A DNA stretch of 63,992 nt, counting the filler, from Tortispora ganteri (Eukaryota): the NCBI GenBank assembly GCA_003707115.1. It is 8 parts of 8 records of this genome, joined end to end, with 100 filler letters (N's around TTAATTAATTAA, not from the genome) between each part and the next. Parts side by side here need not be neighbours in the genome. Positions count along the whole stretch, not along the records: positions 30,256 to 39,634 come from PPNB01000054.1; positions 39,735 to 46,867 come from PPNB01000055.1; 6 more parts are not named here. One strand, 5' to 3'. The position numbers were made by a program, and so were the translations under genes. Of the stretch, positions 33,475 to 44,610 are shown piece after piece. Positions within the stretch are counted from its first letter, which is position 1; every line of letters begins with the position of its first letter. The notes below the pieces were generated by a model. The model worked only from the letters and a program-made list of their open reading frames with translations. It ran no database searches and was not told where the DNA came from.

Positions 33475-34845
33475 ATGAGTGAGAATAACACAACGAGATC
33501 GAGCCTGAGGTTTGTGCCGAAACCGTCTGCACGACTCAAAGGTTCTATAAAAAATGGTTTATCGACGGTCGAAACTGTAGCCAGTGTAGACCCGGAATCA
33601 CCGCGCGTTGAGGGTATAGAGACTGCAGATTCAGAATACGACCAGCAAGTACCGGTAGTTGCGCCAGAGGAATCAAAGAGGCGTTTACATCCGCGACTGC
33701 GTGTGAAGTCATTTAAGATAAATTCAGACAAGATAAAAGATGAGATCAAACCAATGATGCCAGTGGCGGCGGCGGCGACGACGACGACGACGACGAGAAT
33801 AGAATCTGATCTTGCCGATCCAGAAATTCCCGTATCAGTTATAGATGCACGAAGAAAAGCAATTCAAGCAGCACGAACAGAGCAAAAGTCTAGAAAATAT
33901 GCGCAAGATTCTGGAATGGAAGTTGCTGATGCTACCCAAATATTAGAGACCACAGATCAACGATCACTTTCAAAAGTACGATGGACAGAACCACCCGAAG
34001 CGCAAGTCATTGATCCAGAACCATCATCTAAAGACCAACACAATACGAACTTAGAGGCGTACACTACAACAGAAGATACTGTCACTGAGACGTCCGTGAC
34101 TGGCGAAGTAGATATTGAAAATCTCACTATGGCCGAATTATGCAAGGATACGAAATTCGGTCGCATTTCAGACACGTACCAGCAGTTTGAGGAGATCAGA
34201 CGTAAACGACGACGTGCAGCACGGCGTACGCGATTTCCAGAAGTAACAGAAGCCGAAGAAGAGTTTGAAAAGGCAAGAAAGAAAGTCATGGAGACTATTA
34301 CAGACAAGGATGAGTCGGGACGAAGGAGGACGCGCGGCAAGCCTGAACTGATGCTTAAGAACGGTCGTATTGTGCTGAACAATGAGTCTCTGCAGGTGGA
34401 CCGACATGAACAGAATCGTGACATATCTGCGGTCGATGTGGCTCCTGCACAGATCATGCAAAATAACCCGCTTGAACGACGTATTACTAGCGCCTTGTGG
34501 ACGCGAAGAGAACGGTCAGACCGCTGGGATGCCAGAGAAACTGCCCTTTTCTACCGTGCATTGTCTATGTGGGGCACGGATTTTGGTCTAATCTCTCAAA
34601 TGTTTCCTGGAAGAAGCAGACGGCAGATTAAAAGTAAATTTAATTTCGAAGAGAAGAAGTTCCCGGATAAAATCAACACAGCTCTTATTCATAAAGTTCC
34701 AGCCGATATAACACTGTTCGAGAGAATATCCGGTATTGAAGTAATGACATTGGACGATTTCGAAAAAGATATTACTGCCGTCAAAAATGAGCATGATGAA
34801 ATGGTTCAAGTTGCTGGCTCTTTTATGAACCCTACATCTACGTGA
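33475..34845 (+). CDS. BDP1: TFIIIB B'' subunit (copy 2)
   Basis: 456 aa; poly-Thr (ACG)n tract two codons shorter than in copy 1. Confidence 0.88.
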   Translation: MSENNTTRSSLRFVPKPSARLKGSIKNGLSTVETVASVDPESPRVEGIETADSEYDQQVPVVAPEESKRRLHPRLRVKSFKINSDKIKDEIKPMMPVAAAATTTTTTRIESDLADPEIPVSVIDARRKAIQAARTEQKSRKYAQDSGMEVADATQILETTDQRSLSKVRWTEPPEAQVIDPEPSSKDQHNTNLEAYTTTEDTVTETSVTGEVDIENLTMAELCKDTKFGRISDTYQQFEEIRRKRRRAARRTRFPEVTEAEEEFEKARKKVMETITDKDESGRRRTRGKPELMLKNGRIVLNNESLQVDRHEQNRDISAVDVAPAQIMQNNPLERRITSALWTRRERSDRWDARETALFYRALSMWGTDFGLISQMFPGRSRRQIKSKFNFEEKKFPDKINTALIHKVPADITLFERISGIEVMTLDDFEKDITAVKNEHDEMVQVAGSFMNPTST

Positions 34846-34894
34846 CCTGATTGCATGTCTATAGTATATAGATATACCGCTGAACTTATACTTT

Positions 34895-36709
34895 TCAGCG
34901 GTAATTCGGTCGAGTTCCAGCGTTCTCTGGGAACCTACTTTGTATTTTTTTAACGAGAATTGCAGCTAGAGTCTGCCGATCATCGCCTTGAACATTATTA
35001 TCTTGCAAAAACTGGTAAACAACTCCTGGTATATCGTTGAGATCTCGTTCATAAAATCGAAGTTTTGCATAACAGTTCTCACGTCCATCGTTCAGGAACA
35101 CTTTCCAGCTGTATATTGGTTTCTCTTCATGCACCAGTTCTTCGAATCTCTCATGGTTTGTTTGCTCTTTATCAGATTTGAATTCCGAACTTGTTCCGTC
35201 GCATTGAGATGTGTTACTTGTATCTTCCTTGGACAAGTTTTCCTTCTGTGTGACTGTATCGTTATCATAGTACACTTCTTTGTCGGTTTCTAGGTTATGC
35301 ACGGGCCTCACCTGTAATGAAGATTCCAAATTGGCTTTCCACGCTACAATTTGACATGAATTAAGCGTTAGTACCTGGTCGTGGATATTATAAGGCAAGT
35401 CCTCTAGTTTGGCGTATTCGACGATCTGAGAAATACTCTCGCTGCATTCGAAGCTGCGAAGATGGGAACTGCGAGTGATCAGACTGGCAAAATGTGAGAA
35501 CGTCAGCTTTCCTTTAAGTGAAACGAGTGAAAGATCGCGAATTCGAAAGTGTACATTTGTATTTTGAAGCATGGAGTTGAATAGTACAGCTATATCAACA
35601 TCGACATTGACTAGTCGAAGCTGTGAACAGTGTAAGAACATAGTGAAATCGAAAATAGGAGGCAAAATACAGTTCATCAATGTTATGGAGTCTTCGATCA
35701 GGCCGTGAACACCTATATCGTACGGCATCGTTCCTGAAAGCACCATTGATTTCAAAAGCATAGGTTCCTTTTCTTTCAGCGAATAAAGCGAACAAGAAGA
35801 AGACAACTCTGTTCGTACAGAGTCGAAATTCTGTTTTGTGCTGTCTGTTTTAGCCACCATATGGACTTCAAGGTGTTTAAGTGCAGTCATCATGTGCAGT
35901 GCTGTTCTAATACCCTTAGGAGAAATGTTGGGACAGTCAGCGATTTTCAAATTGGACACTGTACATGATTTGCATATTTGTCTAAATACAATGAACGCGT
36001 TTTGATCATTGATACCTGGACATGCATAGAGATGGATTGTATGCAAGTTAGAAAGATGCGCTAGACAAGCAGCGAGGTCTTTACCGGATATTCCACATGA
36101 TATGCTTATCTCAGTGAGATTCTTGAACAAACTGCAACATATAAGCAATACATCAGATCTGATATCGGTGTGGCCTAACAGATACAAGGATTTAATGTCC
36201 GGACAACTATAGGCGAGTGCAACCACTATACGCGGGTCGATGTATGGCGAGATGAGTTTGAACGAACTCAGATTGCGCCAATTGTCCATCCATTTCAGGA
36301 AATGAAAGACCTCTGATTGACCACCATAAAAAGCCACGGATTTAAGGTTATATGCGTTGACGAATAGACGATCAAGAGCATCGGGTGAAGCGAGTAATTT
36401 GCGTGATCCTTCCTGGTGAGTTGGCTGCAGCCACGGGAGGGGGCTCTCTGTTGGCTGAGACAGTTCTGTGTGCGGCAAAATGAGGTTGATTTGCTGGACT
36501 AAAGAAGCTATGTCTATTTGCTTAGATAGTTTCAAGCAAAGGCTTCTAAGAGTATTAGCTGATCTGAACCGCGGGGACCTGTAGAGCGCTGGCAGGACAT
36601 GAGCATGTAGTTCCTTGCTGGTGAGCGCCAGGTTGACGAGGTCTGCACAGTCAACCCACTGGTAAATACTGTGCTGAATATGTACCGGAAGCGCTGCGAG
36701 CTGTTTCAT
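34895..36709 (-). CDS. F-box / LRR protein (copy 2)
   Basis: As copy 1 with several substitutions. Confidence 0.75.
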   Translation of the reverse strand: MKQLAALPVHIQHSIYQWVDCADLVNLALTSKELHAHVLPALYRSPRFRSANTLRSLCLKLSKQIDIASLVQQINLILPHTELSQPTESPLPWLQPTHQEGSRKLLASPDALDRLFVNAYNLKSVAFYGGQSEVFHFLKWMDNWRNLSSFKLISPYIDPRIVVALAYSCPDIKSLYLLGHTDIRSDVLLICCSLFKNLTEISISCGISGKDLAACLAHLSNLHTIHLYACPGINDQNAFIVFRQICKSCTVSNLKIADCPNISPKGIRTALHMMTALKHLEVHMVAKTDSTKQNFDSVRTELSSSCSLYSLKEKEPMLLKSMVLSGTMPYDIGVHGLIEDSITLMNCILPPIFDFTMFLHCSQLRLVNVDVDIAVLFNSMLQNTNVHFRIRDLSLVSLKGKLTFSHFASLITRSSHLRSFECSESISQIVEYAKLEDLPYNIHDQVLTLNSCQIVAWKANLESSLQVRPVHNLETDKEVYYDNDTVTQKENLSKEDTSNTSQCDGTSSEFKSDKEQTNHERFEELVHEEKPIYSWKVFLNDGRENCYAKLRFYERDLNDIPGVVYQFLQDNNVQGDDRQTLAAILVKKIQSRFPENAGTRPNYR

Positions 36710-36928
36710 GGCTGGATGTGGAAGTGCAAGTATGTATATGCACACATGGTATAGGCAGTTGGCGGTATCTGCTTTGGGTAAAATGACATGAAAACCTTAA
36801 TGCAGCAGAAAGATCGACAAAATAATATATAAGTGGAATTTCTGCGTCTGTTTCTTTGTTATTGGGCTGTTATGCGCTCATAGAGCAGACGACGGTAACA
36901 GTTCAGTGTTTACCTGCAGGGTGTACGC

Positions 36929-37789
36929 TTAAAGAATACGAAGTATACCTTCGTAGGCGCAGAGTGCGGCTGCATTTGCGGGGAAAGCGCGAAGGATGCA
37001 GGGAACAAACCCGCGCGTGAACCCTCTAAGGCCAGATTCTTTCAAAATAGTTTGGACAGTCGAGATCCAGGTAGGATATTTTGGGGTAACAAGATTGTCT
37101 GTCATCATGCGTTGCTTGACTACGTCGAACGGGTAAGAGGTACACCAGAACACTTGCGCGGCGAGACCACCCGAGATGAAACTGACTATTCCTGGCGTGA
37201 GTGATGTGTTTGCCGTCATATAGTCGGTAGTGGTTCGTGCTGTTATCCAGAAGAAGAAGAAATGCGAGCGAAAGAGTAGGGTGGCCGGCAGTGCATGATA
37301 GATGGCGCGGATACCGCCAATATTGTAGATTTTGTGTATGCAATCAATGGGGCCTGAATATATTCGTGTCTGAGTATTATACTGGACCTGAAGTCGGGCT
37401 TTTATGTGTTCAACTGGCGCGGCGATGAAACTCACGGTCCATCCGCCGAGCATACCTGCAACACCCTGCGCCAGGAGTGGGATTTCGGTGTTATCATAAA
37501 AATATTGTCTGAAACATTGCTTATAATTGTGATAAGACCCAAGCATAACGCTATCCATAACCATCCAACCAAGCAGAGGTGGAGTAGTGCCCTTGTAAAG
37601 AGCCTTGGGTCCCTCTTTGCGGATTGTTTGAAGAAGACAATCTAGCGATCCGGTGAATTGGCCAGGAGGCGCAGTTTGCATTCTGACTTTAATGGTATCA
37701 AAAGGATGACCTACAAATAGTTTCGACATTCCTGAAAATGCACCGGCAATAAATCCAGTGTAAGATTTGTGTTCGGTCTTTGAAGTCAT
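36929..37789 (-). CDS. Mitochondrial carrier protein (copy 2)
   Basis: As copy 1; ATG 37789. Confidence 0.9.
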   Translation of the reverse strand: MTSKTEHKSYTGFIAGAFSGMSKLFVGHPFDTIKVRMQTAPPGQFTGSLDCLLQTIRKEGPKALYKGTTPPLLGWMVMDSVMLGSYHNYKQCFRQYFYDNTEIPLLAQGVAGMLGGWTVSFIAAPVEHIKARLQVQYNTQTRIYSGPIDCIHKIYNIGGIRAIYHALPATLLFRSHFFFFWITARTTTDYMTANTSLTPGIVSFISGGLAAQVFWCTSYPFDVVKQRMMTDNLVTPKYPTWISTVQTILKESGLRGFTRGFVPCILRAFPANAAALCAYEGILRIL

Positions 37790-38113
37790 GGTGTTATCGG
37801 AAGTGTTGAACTGGGGTGAAGAGTAAGTGGGGTAAGTTGAAGTCAGTGTATATGATGAAACGCGACCGTGACCAATTGAGGTGGAAATTACAATCAACTA
37901 CAAGTGTTAATGCTGCTCGCGCATAGTCAATGGCGAGCAACAATAGAGAGAAATAGATAGCATACAAGAAGGACTAAGAGCCGAGTCTGGCCGAGCCGAC
38001 TTGAGCGTGTTATTTGCTTCTTTTGCGTAAGAGAGAAAAGAGTCTAGGGATAAGAATTTAAGTAGTAGTCGCTTAATTGTAGATTGATGTGCGAACTAAA
38101 AGTCGCATGAAAA

Positions 38114-38599
38114 TTAGCAGACGACATCTTGAGTGGCATGTGAATTAAGCAATAAAGCGACAATGAGACCGTAGAGACCCAATACTTCAGCGAAAATGAG
38201 AATCAAAATCATACCAACAAAAAGTCTAGCCTGCTGGACAGTACCACGTACACCTGCATCACCGACAATGCCAATGGCAAAACCTGCAGCAAGGCCAGAT
38301 AGACCAACAGAGAGGCCAGCACCGAGCTGAATAAAACCAGTATAGAGTGACTGTTTCTGTTTAAGAGAGTCAGACACGAGCACTGACACGACAAGGCCAT
38401 AAATTGCAATAATACCAGCCATAATTACCGGGACGATGTTGCGCACAAGCATATCAGGGCGGATGACTGTGGCGGCGCAAATACCAACACCGGCCTTAGC
38501 CGTGCCATAGGCAGCACCAAACGAGGTGAACACAATAGCGGCGGTACATCCAAGGGAGCCGAAAAAGGGGGCGTAAACAGGGCAGAGTTCAGTTGACAT
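38114..38599 (-). CDS. VMA3: V-ATPase proteolipid subunit c (copy 2)
   Basis: ATG 38599; identical protein. Confidence 0.93.
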   Translation of the reverse strand: MSTELCPVYAPFFGSLGCTAAIVFTSFGAAYGTAKAGVGICAATVIRPDMLVRNIVPVIMAGIIAIYGLVVSVLVSDSLKQKQSLYTGFIQLGAGLSVGLSGLAAGFAIGIVGDAGVRGTVQQARLFVGMILILIFAEVLGLYGLIVALLLNSHATQDVVC

Positions 38600-39178
38600 T
38601 GATGTTTGTTTTCTGGATGATATTAGCACAAAAATGAACGGGTTAGTTCTTTAGTACGTGTGGAAAAAGAGGGATAGCAAAGGACACAGGAAAATCCAAA
38701 GAATAGTGTATTAAGTGGCAACTAAATCTGGTAATCTGGACAAATAGATATAATTCTATTAGATTTTTATATCGATTTATCGCGATGAAAGCAGAAACGT
38801 AACCGGCAAGGGAATAATCGATGTGCTGAAGCGTTCGATAAGCGAGTTTGGTGTATTAGTTGGGCTTTCGAAGTGTAGCAAATGCAGGTAAAGGCCTTAG
38901 TGGTGTATAAGACGTTTTAATTGGTCAATTTAAATTGTTGTTATGACAACAGCATTATACAGTGCAGCCGTAGGGGAACGAGGGCAAAAGACGATTAGGT
39001 AACAGCTATGGATGGTTGGTATAGCAACTTACTACTTAAAGTGTGCCATAAAGTGGAAAAAAATTGCTAGAAAAACGCTTCTCGAATCAGACATACCTTT
39101 AAAGGGCGAGCAAAGCGGAGCTAATTGCAAGGAAGCAGAGCAAGGAACCCAAAAAAACATATTTTATTAATAATAAAC

Positions 39179-39559
39179 ATGAGTGAAGTAAATCCTAAAG
39201 CTTTCCCACTTGCTCCTACTGAGTTAAGTCAACAAATCCTTGAACTTGTTCAACAAGCAGGACATCATCGTCAGTTGAAAAAAGGCGCTAATGAAGCTGT
39301 TAAAACGTTGAATCGTGGTATTTCTGAATTTGTTGTTATTGCTGCAGATACAGAACCAATCGAAATTGTTCTTCATTTGCCACTTTTATGCGAAGACAAG
39401 AACGTTCCTTATGTCTTTGTTCCTTCAAAGATCGCGCTCGGAAGGGCCTGTGGTGTTAGTCGACCTGTTGTTGCTGCATCAGTAACTACCAATGAGGCCA
39501 GTGATATTCGCGACCAAGTACGCCGCCTTAAAGACAAGATTGAATTACTTTTAGTTTAG
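39179..39559 (+). CDS. SNU13: Snu13 (copy 2)
   Basis: ATG 39179; identical protein. Confidence 0.95.
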   Translation: MSEVNPKAFPLAPTELSQQILELVQQAGHHRQLKKGANEAVKTLNRGISEFVVIAADTEPIEIVLHLPLLCEDKNVPYVFVPSKIALGRACGVSRPVVAASVTTNEASDIRDQVRRLKDKIELLLV

Positions 39560-39634
39560 ATTAATATTAATTATTGTAAACATATATTTTATTGAAGTAA
39601 TAGTTACATTTGATAGTAAGTTGAGAAAAAACCC

Positions 39635-39734
39635 NNNNNNNNNNNNNNNNNNNNNNNNNNNNNNNNNNNNNNNNNNNNTTAATTAATTAANNNNNNNNNN
39701 NNNNNNNNNNNNNNNNNNNNNNNNNNNNNNNNNN
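39635..39734. other. Assembly gap linker
   Basis: N44-TTAATTAATTAA-N44. Confidence 0.97.
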
Positions 39735-42700
39735 GCTTCCTCTGGCTCTGCCTCGTCTGGCTCTACCTCGTCTGTAGTGTCATCGTCTGGCTCAGCGTCG
39801 TCTGGATCAGCGTCGTCTAACTCAGCGTCATCCTCTGGCTCTGCCTCGTCTGGATCTGCCTCGTCTGGATCATTGTCTTCCGGCTCAGCGTCGTCTGGCT
39901 CTGCCTCGTCTGGATCAGCGTCGTCTAACTCAGCGTCATCCTCTGGCTCTGCCTCGTCTGGCTCTACCTCGTCTGTAGTGTCATCGTCTGGATCAGCGTC
40001 GTCTAATTCAGCGTCGTCTGGCTCAGTATCCTCGTCTGGCTCAGCTTCCTCTGGATCAGCGTCTTCTGGCTCAGCTTCCTCTGGCTCTGCCTCGTCTGGC
40101 TCTACCTCGTCTGTAGTGTCATCGTCTGAATCAGCGTCGTCTAACTCAGCGTCGTCTAACTCAGCGTCATCCTCTGGCTCAGCGTCGTCTAACTCAGCGT
40201 CATCTGGATCAGCGTCATCTGGCTCTGCGTCGTCTAACTCAGCGTCATCTGGTTCTGCGTCATCTGGTTCTGCGTCATCTGGTTCTGCGTCGTCTGGTTC
40301 TGCGTCGTCTGGCTCTGCGTCATCTGGATCTGCGTCGTCTGGATCTGCCTCGTCTGGCTCTACCTCGTCTGGCTCTACCTCGTCTGTACTGTCATCGTCT
40401 GGTTCTGCGTCGTCTGGTTCTGCGTCGTCTGGCTCTGCGTCGTCTGGATCTGCCTCGTCTGGCTCTACCTCGTCTGGCTCTACCTCGTCTGGCTCTACCT
40501 CGTCTGGCTCTACCTCGTCTGTACTGTCATCGTCTGGTTCTGCGTCGTCTGGCTCAGCGTCATCCTCTGGCTCTGCCTCGTCTGGATCATTGTCTTCTGG
40601 CTCAGCGTCGTCTGGCTCTGCGTCATCTGGCTCTGCGTCATCCTCTGGCTCTGCCTCGTCTGGCTCTGCGTCATCCTCTGGCTCTGCCTCGTCTGGCTCA
40701 GCGTCATCCTCTGGCTCTGCCTCGTCTGGATCATTGTCATCTGGCTCAGCGTCGTCTGGCTCTGCGTCATCTGGCTCTGCGTCATCTGGATCGTTGTCAT
40801 CTGGATCATTGTCATCTGGGTCGTTATCATCTGGATCGGTATCGTCTGGATCGGCATCGTCTGGATCGTTATCATCTGGATCGTTATCGTCTGGATCGTT
40901 GTCTTCTGGATCAGCGTCATCTGGATCGGCATCGTCTGGATCGTTATCATCTGGATCGTTATCGTCTGGATCGGCATCGTCTGGATCGTTATCATCTGGA
41001 TCGTTATCATCTGGATCGGCATCGTCTGGATCATTGTCTTCTGGCTCAGCGTCGTCTAGTTCAGCGTCGTCTGGCTCAGCGTCGTCTGGATCGTTATCAT
41101 CTGGCTCAGCGTCTTCTGGATCGTTGTCTTCTGGATCAGCGTCTTCTGGTTCAGCCTCATCTGGATCGTTGTCTTCTGGATCGTTGTCATCTGGATCATT
41201 GTCATCTAGATCGTTATCGTCTGTCTCAGCGTCATCTGGTTCAGCGTCATCTGGTTCAGCGTCATCTGGTTCAGCGTCGTCTGGCTCAGCGTCTTCTGGA
41301 TCGTTGTCTTCTGGATCAGCGTCATCTGGATCGTTATCGTCTGGATCTGCCTCGTCTGGATCGTTATCGTCTGGATCGTTGTCATCTGGATCGTTATCGT
41401 CTGTCTCAGCGTCATCTGGATCAGCTTCATCTGGATCAGCGTCGTCTGGATCGTTATCATCTGGCTCAGCTTCATCTGGATCGTTATCGTCTGGCTTAGC
41501 GTCGTCTGGCTCAGCGTCTTCTGGCTCTGCCTCATCTGGATCGTTATCGTCTGGCTCGTTGTCTTCTGGCTCAGCCTCATCTGGTTCTGCCTCATCTGGA
41601 TCGTTGTCTTCTGGCTCAGCCTCGTCTGGCTCATTGTCATCTGGATCGTTGTCGTCTGGCTCAGCCTCATCTGGATCTGTCTCATCTGGATCGTTATCGT
41701 CTGGATCATTGTCATCTGAATCCTTGTCATCTGGCTCTGCCTCGTCTGGCTCAGCGTCATCCTCTGGCTCTGCCTCGTCTGGCTCAGCGTCGTCTGGCTC
41801 AGCGTCATCCTCTGGCTCAGCGTCGTCTGGCTCAGCGTCGTCTGGCTCAGCGTCATCCTCTGGCTCAGCGTCGTCTGGCTCTGCGTCGTCTGGATCAGCG
41901 TCTTCTGGCTCGTTGTCTTCTGGTTCAGCCTCATCTGGATCGTTATCGTCTGGATCGTTGTCATCTGGATCAGCGTCTTCTGGTTCAGCCTCATCTGGAT
42001 CGTTGTCTTCTGGATCGTTATCATCTGGCTCAGCTTCATCTGGATCGTTATCGTCTGGATCGTTGTCATCTGGATCGTTGTCATCTGGATCGTTATCGTC
42101 TGGCTCAGCCTCGTCTGGCTCAGCTTCGTCGTCATCTGGATCGTTGTCTTCTGTATCGGCATCGTCTGTCTCAGCGTCTTCTGGCTCAGCGTCGTCTGGT
42201 TCAGCGTCGTCTGGCTCAGCGTCTTCTGGATCGTTATCATCTGGCTCTGCGTCGTCTGGCTCAGCGTCGTCTGGCTCTGCGTCGTCTGGATCGTTATCAT
42301 CTGGCTCAGCGTCTTCTGGATCGTTGTCTTCTGGATCGTTGTCATCTGGATCATTGTCATCTGGATCGGTATCTTCTGGCTCAGCTTCATCTGGATCGGT
42401 ATCTTCTGGCTCAGCTTCATCTGGATCGTTATCGTCTGGATCGTTATCGTCTGGATCGTTATCGTCTGTCTCAGCGTCATCTGGATCAGCGTCGTCTGGA
42501 TCGTTATCATCTGGCTCAGCTTCATCTGGATCGTTGTCCTCTGGCTCTGCCTCATCTGGATCGTTGTCGTCTGGCTCAGCCTCGTCTGGCTCAGCTTCGT
42601 TGTCATCTGGATCGTTGTCTTCTGTATCGGCATCGTCTGGCTCAGCGTCTTCTGGATCAGCCTCATCTGGATCGTTGTCTTCTGGATCGTTGTCATCTGG

Positions 42701-44610
42701 ATCGTTATCGTCTGGATCGTTGTCTTCTGGCTCAGCATCATCTGGCTCTGTCTCATCTGGATCATTGTCATCTGGATCGTTATCGTCTGTCTCAGCCTCA
42801 TCTGGATCAGCGTCTTCTGGCTCGTTGTCTTCTGGTTCAGCCTCATCTGGATCGTTATCGTCTGGATCGTTGTCATCTGGATCATTGTCATCTGGATCGT
42901 TGTCTTCTGGATCAGCGTCATCTGGATCGGCATCGTCTGGATCGTTATCGTCTGGATCGTTGTCATCTGAATCCTTGTCATCTGGATCGTTGTCATCTGA
43001 ATCCTTGTCATCTGGATCATTGTCATCTGGATCGGTATCTTCTGGCTCAGCTTCGTCTGGCTCAGCTTCGTCTGGCTCTGCCTCGTCTGGATCGGTATCT
43101 TCTGGCTCAGCTTCTTCTGGTTCAGCCTCATCTGGTTCTGCCTCATCTGGATCGTTGTCTTCTGGCTCAGCCTCGTCTGGCTCATTGTCATCTGGATCAG
43201 CCTCATCTGGATCGTTATCGTCTGGATCGTTGTCATCTGGATCGTTATCGTCTGTCTCAGCGTCATCTGGATCAGCGTCGTCTGGATCGTTATCATCTGG
43301 CTCAGCTTCATCTGGATCGTTATCGTCTGGCTCAGCGTCGTCTGGCTCTGCCTCGTCTGGATCAGCGTCGTCTGGATCGTTGTCTTCTGGATCAGCGTCT
43401 TCTGGTTCAGCCTCATCTGGATCGTTGTCTTCTGGATCGTTATCATCTGGCTCAGCTTCATCTGGATCGTTGTCCTCTGGCTCTGCCTCGTCTGGATCAT
43501 TGTCTTCTGGCTCAGCGTCGTCTGGCTCAGCGTCATCTGGCTCAGCGTCATCCTCTGGCTCTGCCTCGTCTGGATCATTGTCTTCTGGCTCAGCGTCGTC
43601 TGGCTCTGCGTCATCTGGCTCTGCGTCATCTGGATCGTTGTCATCTGGATCATTGTCATCTGGATCGTTATCATCTGGATCGTTATCGTCTGGATCGTTA
43701 TCGTCTGGATCGTTATCGTCTGGATCGTTGTCATCTGGATCATTGTCATCTGGATCGTTATCGTCTGGATCCTTGTCATCTGGATCATTGTCATCTGGAT
43801 CGGTATCTTCTGGCTCAGCTTCGTCTGGCTCAGCTTCGTCTGGCTCTGCCTCGTCTGGATCGGTATCTTCTGGCTCAGCTTCTTCTGGTTCAGCCTCATC
43901 TGGTTCTGCCTCATCTGGATCGTTATCATCTGGATCAGCCTCATCTGGATCGGTATCTTCTGGTTCAGTTTCATCTGGATCGTTATCGTCTGGATCGTTG
44001 TCATCTGGATCATTGTCATCTGGATCGTTATCGTCTGTCTCAGCCTCATCTGGATCAGCGTCTTCTGGCTCAGCGTCTTCTGGCTCGTTGTCTTCTGGCT
44101 CGTTGTCTTCTGGTTCAGCCTCATCTGAATCGTTATCGTCTGGATCGTTGTCATCTGGATCATTGTCATCTGGATCGTTGTCTTCTGGATCAGCGTCATC
44201 TGGATCGGCATCGTCTGGATCGTTATCGTCTGGATCGTTGTCATCTGAATCCTTGTCATCTGGCTCTGCGTCATCTGGCTCAACGTCATCTGGCTCAACG
44301 TCATCTGGCTCAGCGTCATCTGGCTCAGCGTCGTCTGGTTCTGCCTCGTCTGGATCGTTATCGTCTGGCTCGTTGTCTTCTGGCTCAGCCTCATCTGGCT
44401 CAGCGTCATCTGGCTCAGCGTCATCTGGCTCAACGTCATCTGGCTCAGCGTCATCTGGCTCAGCGTCATCTGGCTCAGCGTCATCTGGCTCAGCGTCATC
44501 TGGTTCTGCTTCATATGAGTCTGCCTCGTCTGAGTCTGCCTCGTCTGGATCGGCGTCATCTGGATCGGCATCATCTGGCTCAGCGTCCTCTGGCTCCGCC
44601 TCGTCTGGCA
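39735..44610 (+). repeat. 15-bp coding minisatellite (SGSAS/SGSLS pentapeptide), about 4.9 kb
   Basis: TCTGGNTCNNNNTCN units throughout, with occasional 18-bp units. Confidence 0.97.

Larger units (their letters stand above)
30256..39634. repeat. 9.4-kb block, copy 2 (probable haplotype B)
   Basis: Same ends and gene order as 20771-30155. Confidence 0.9.
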
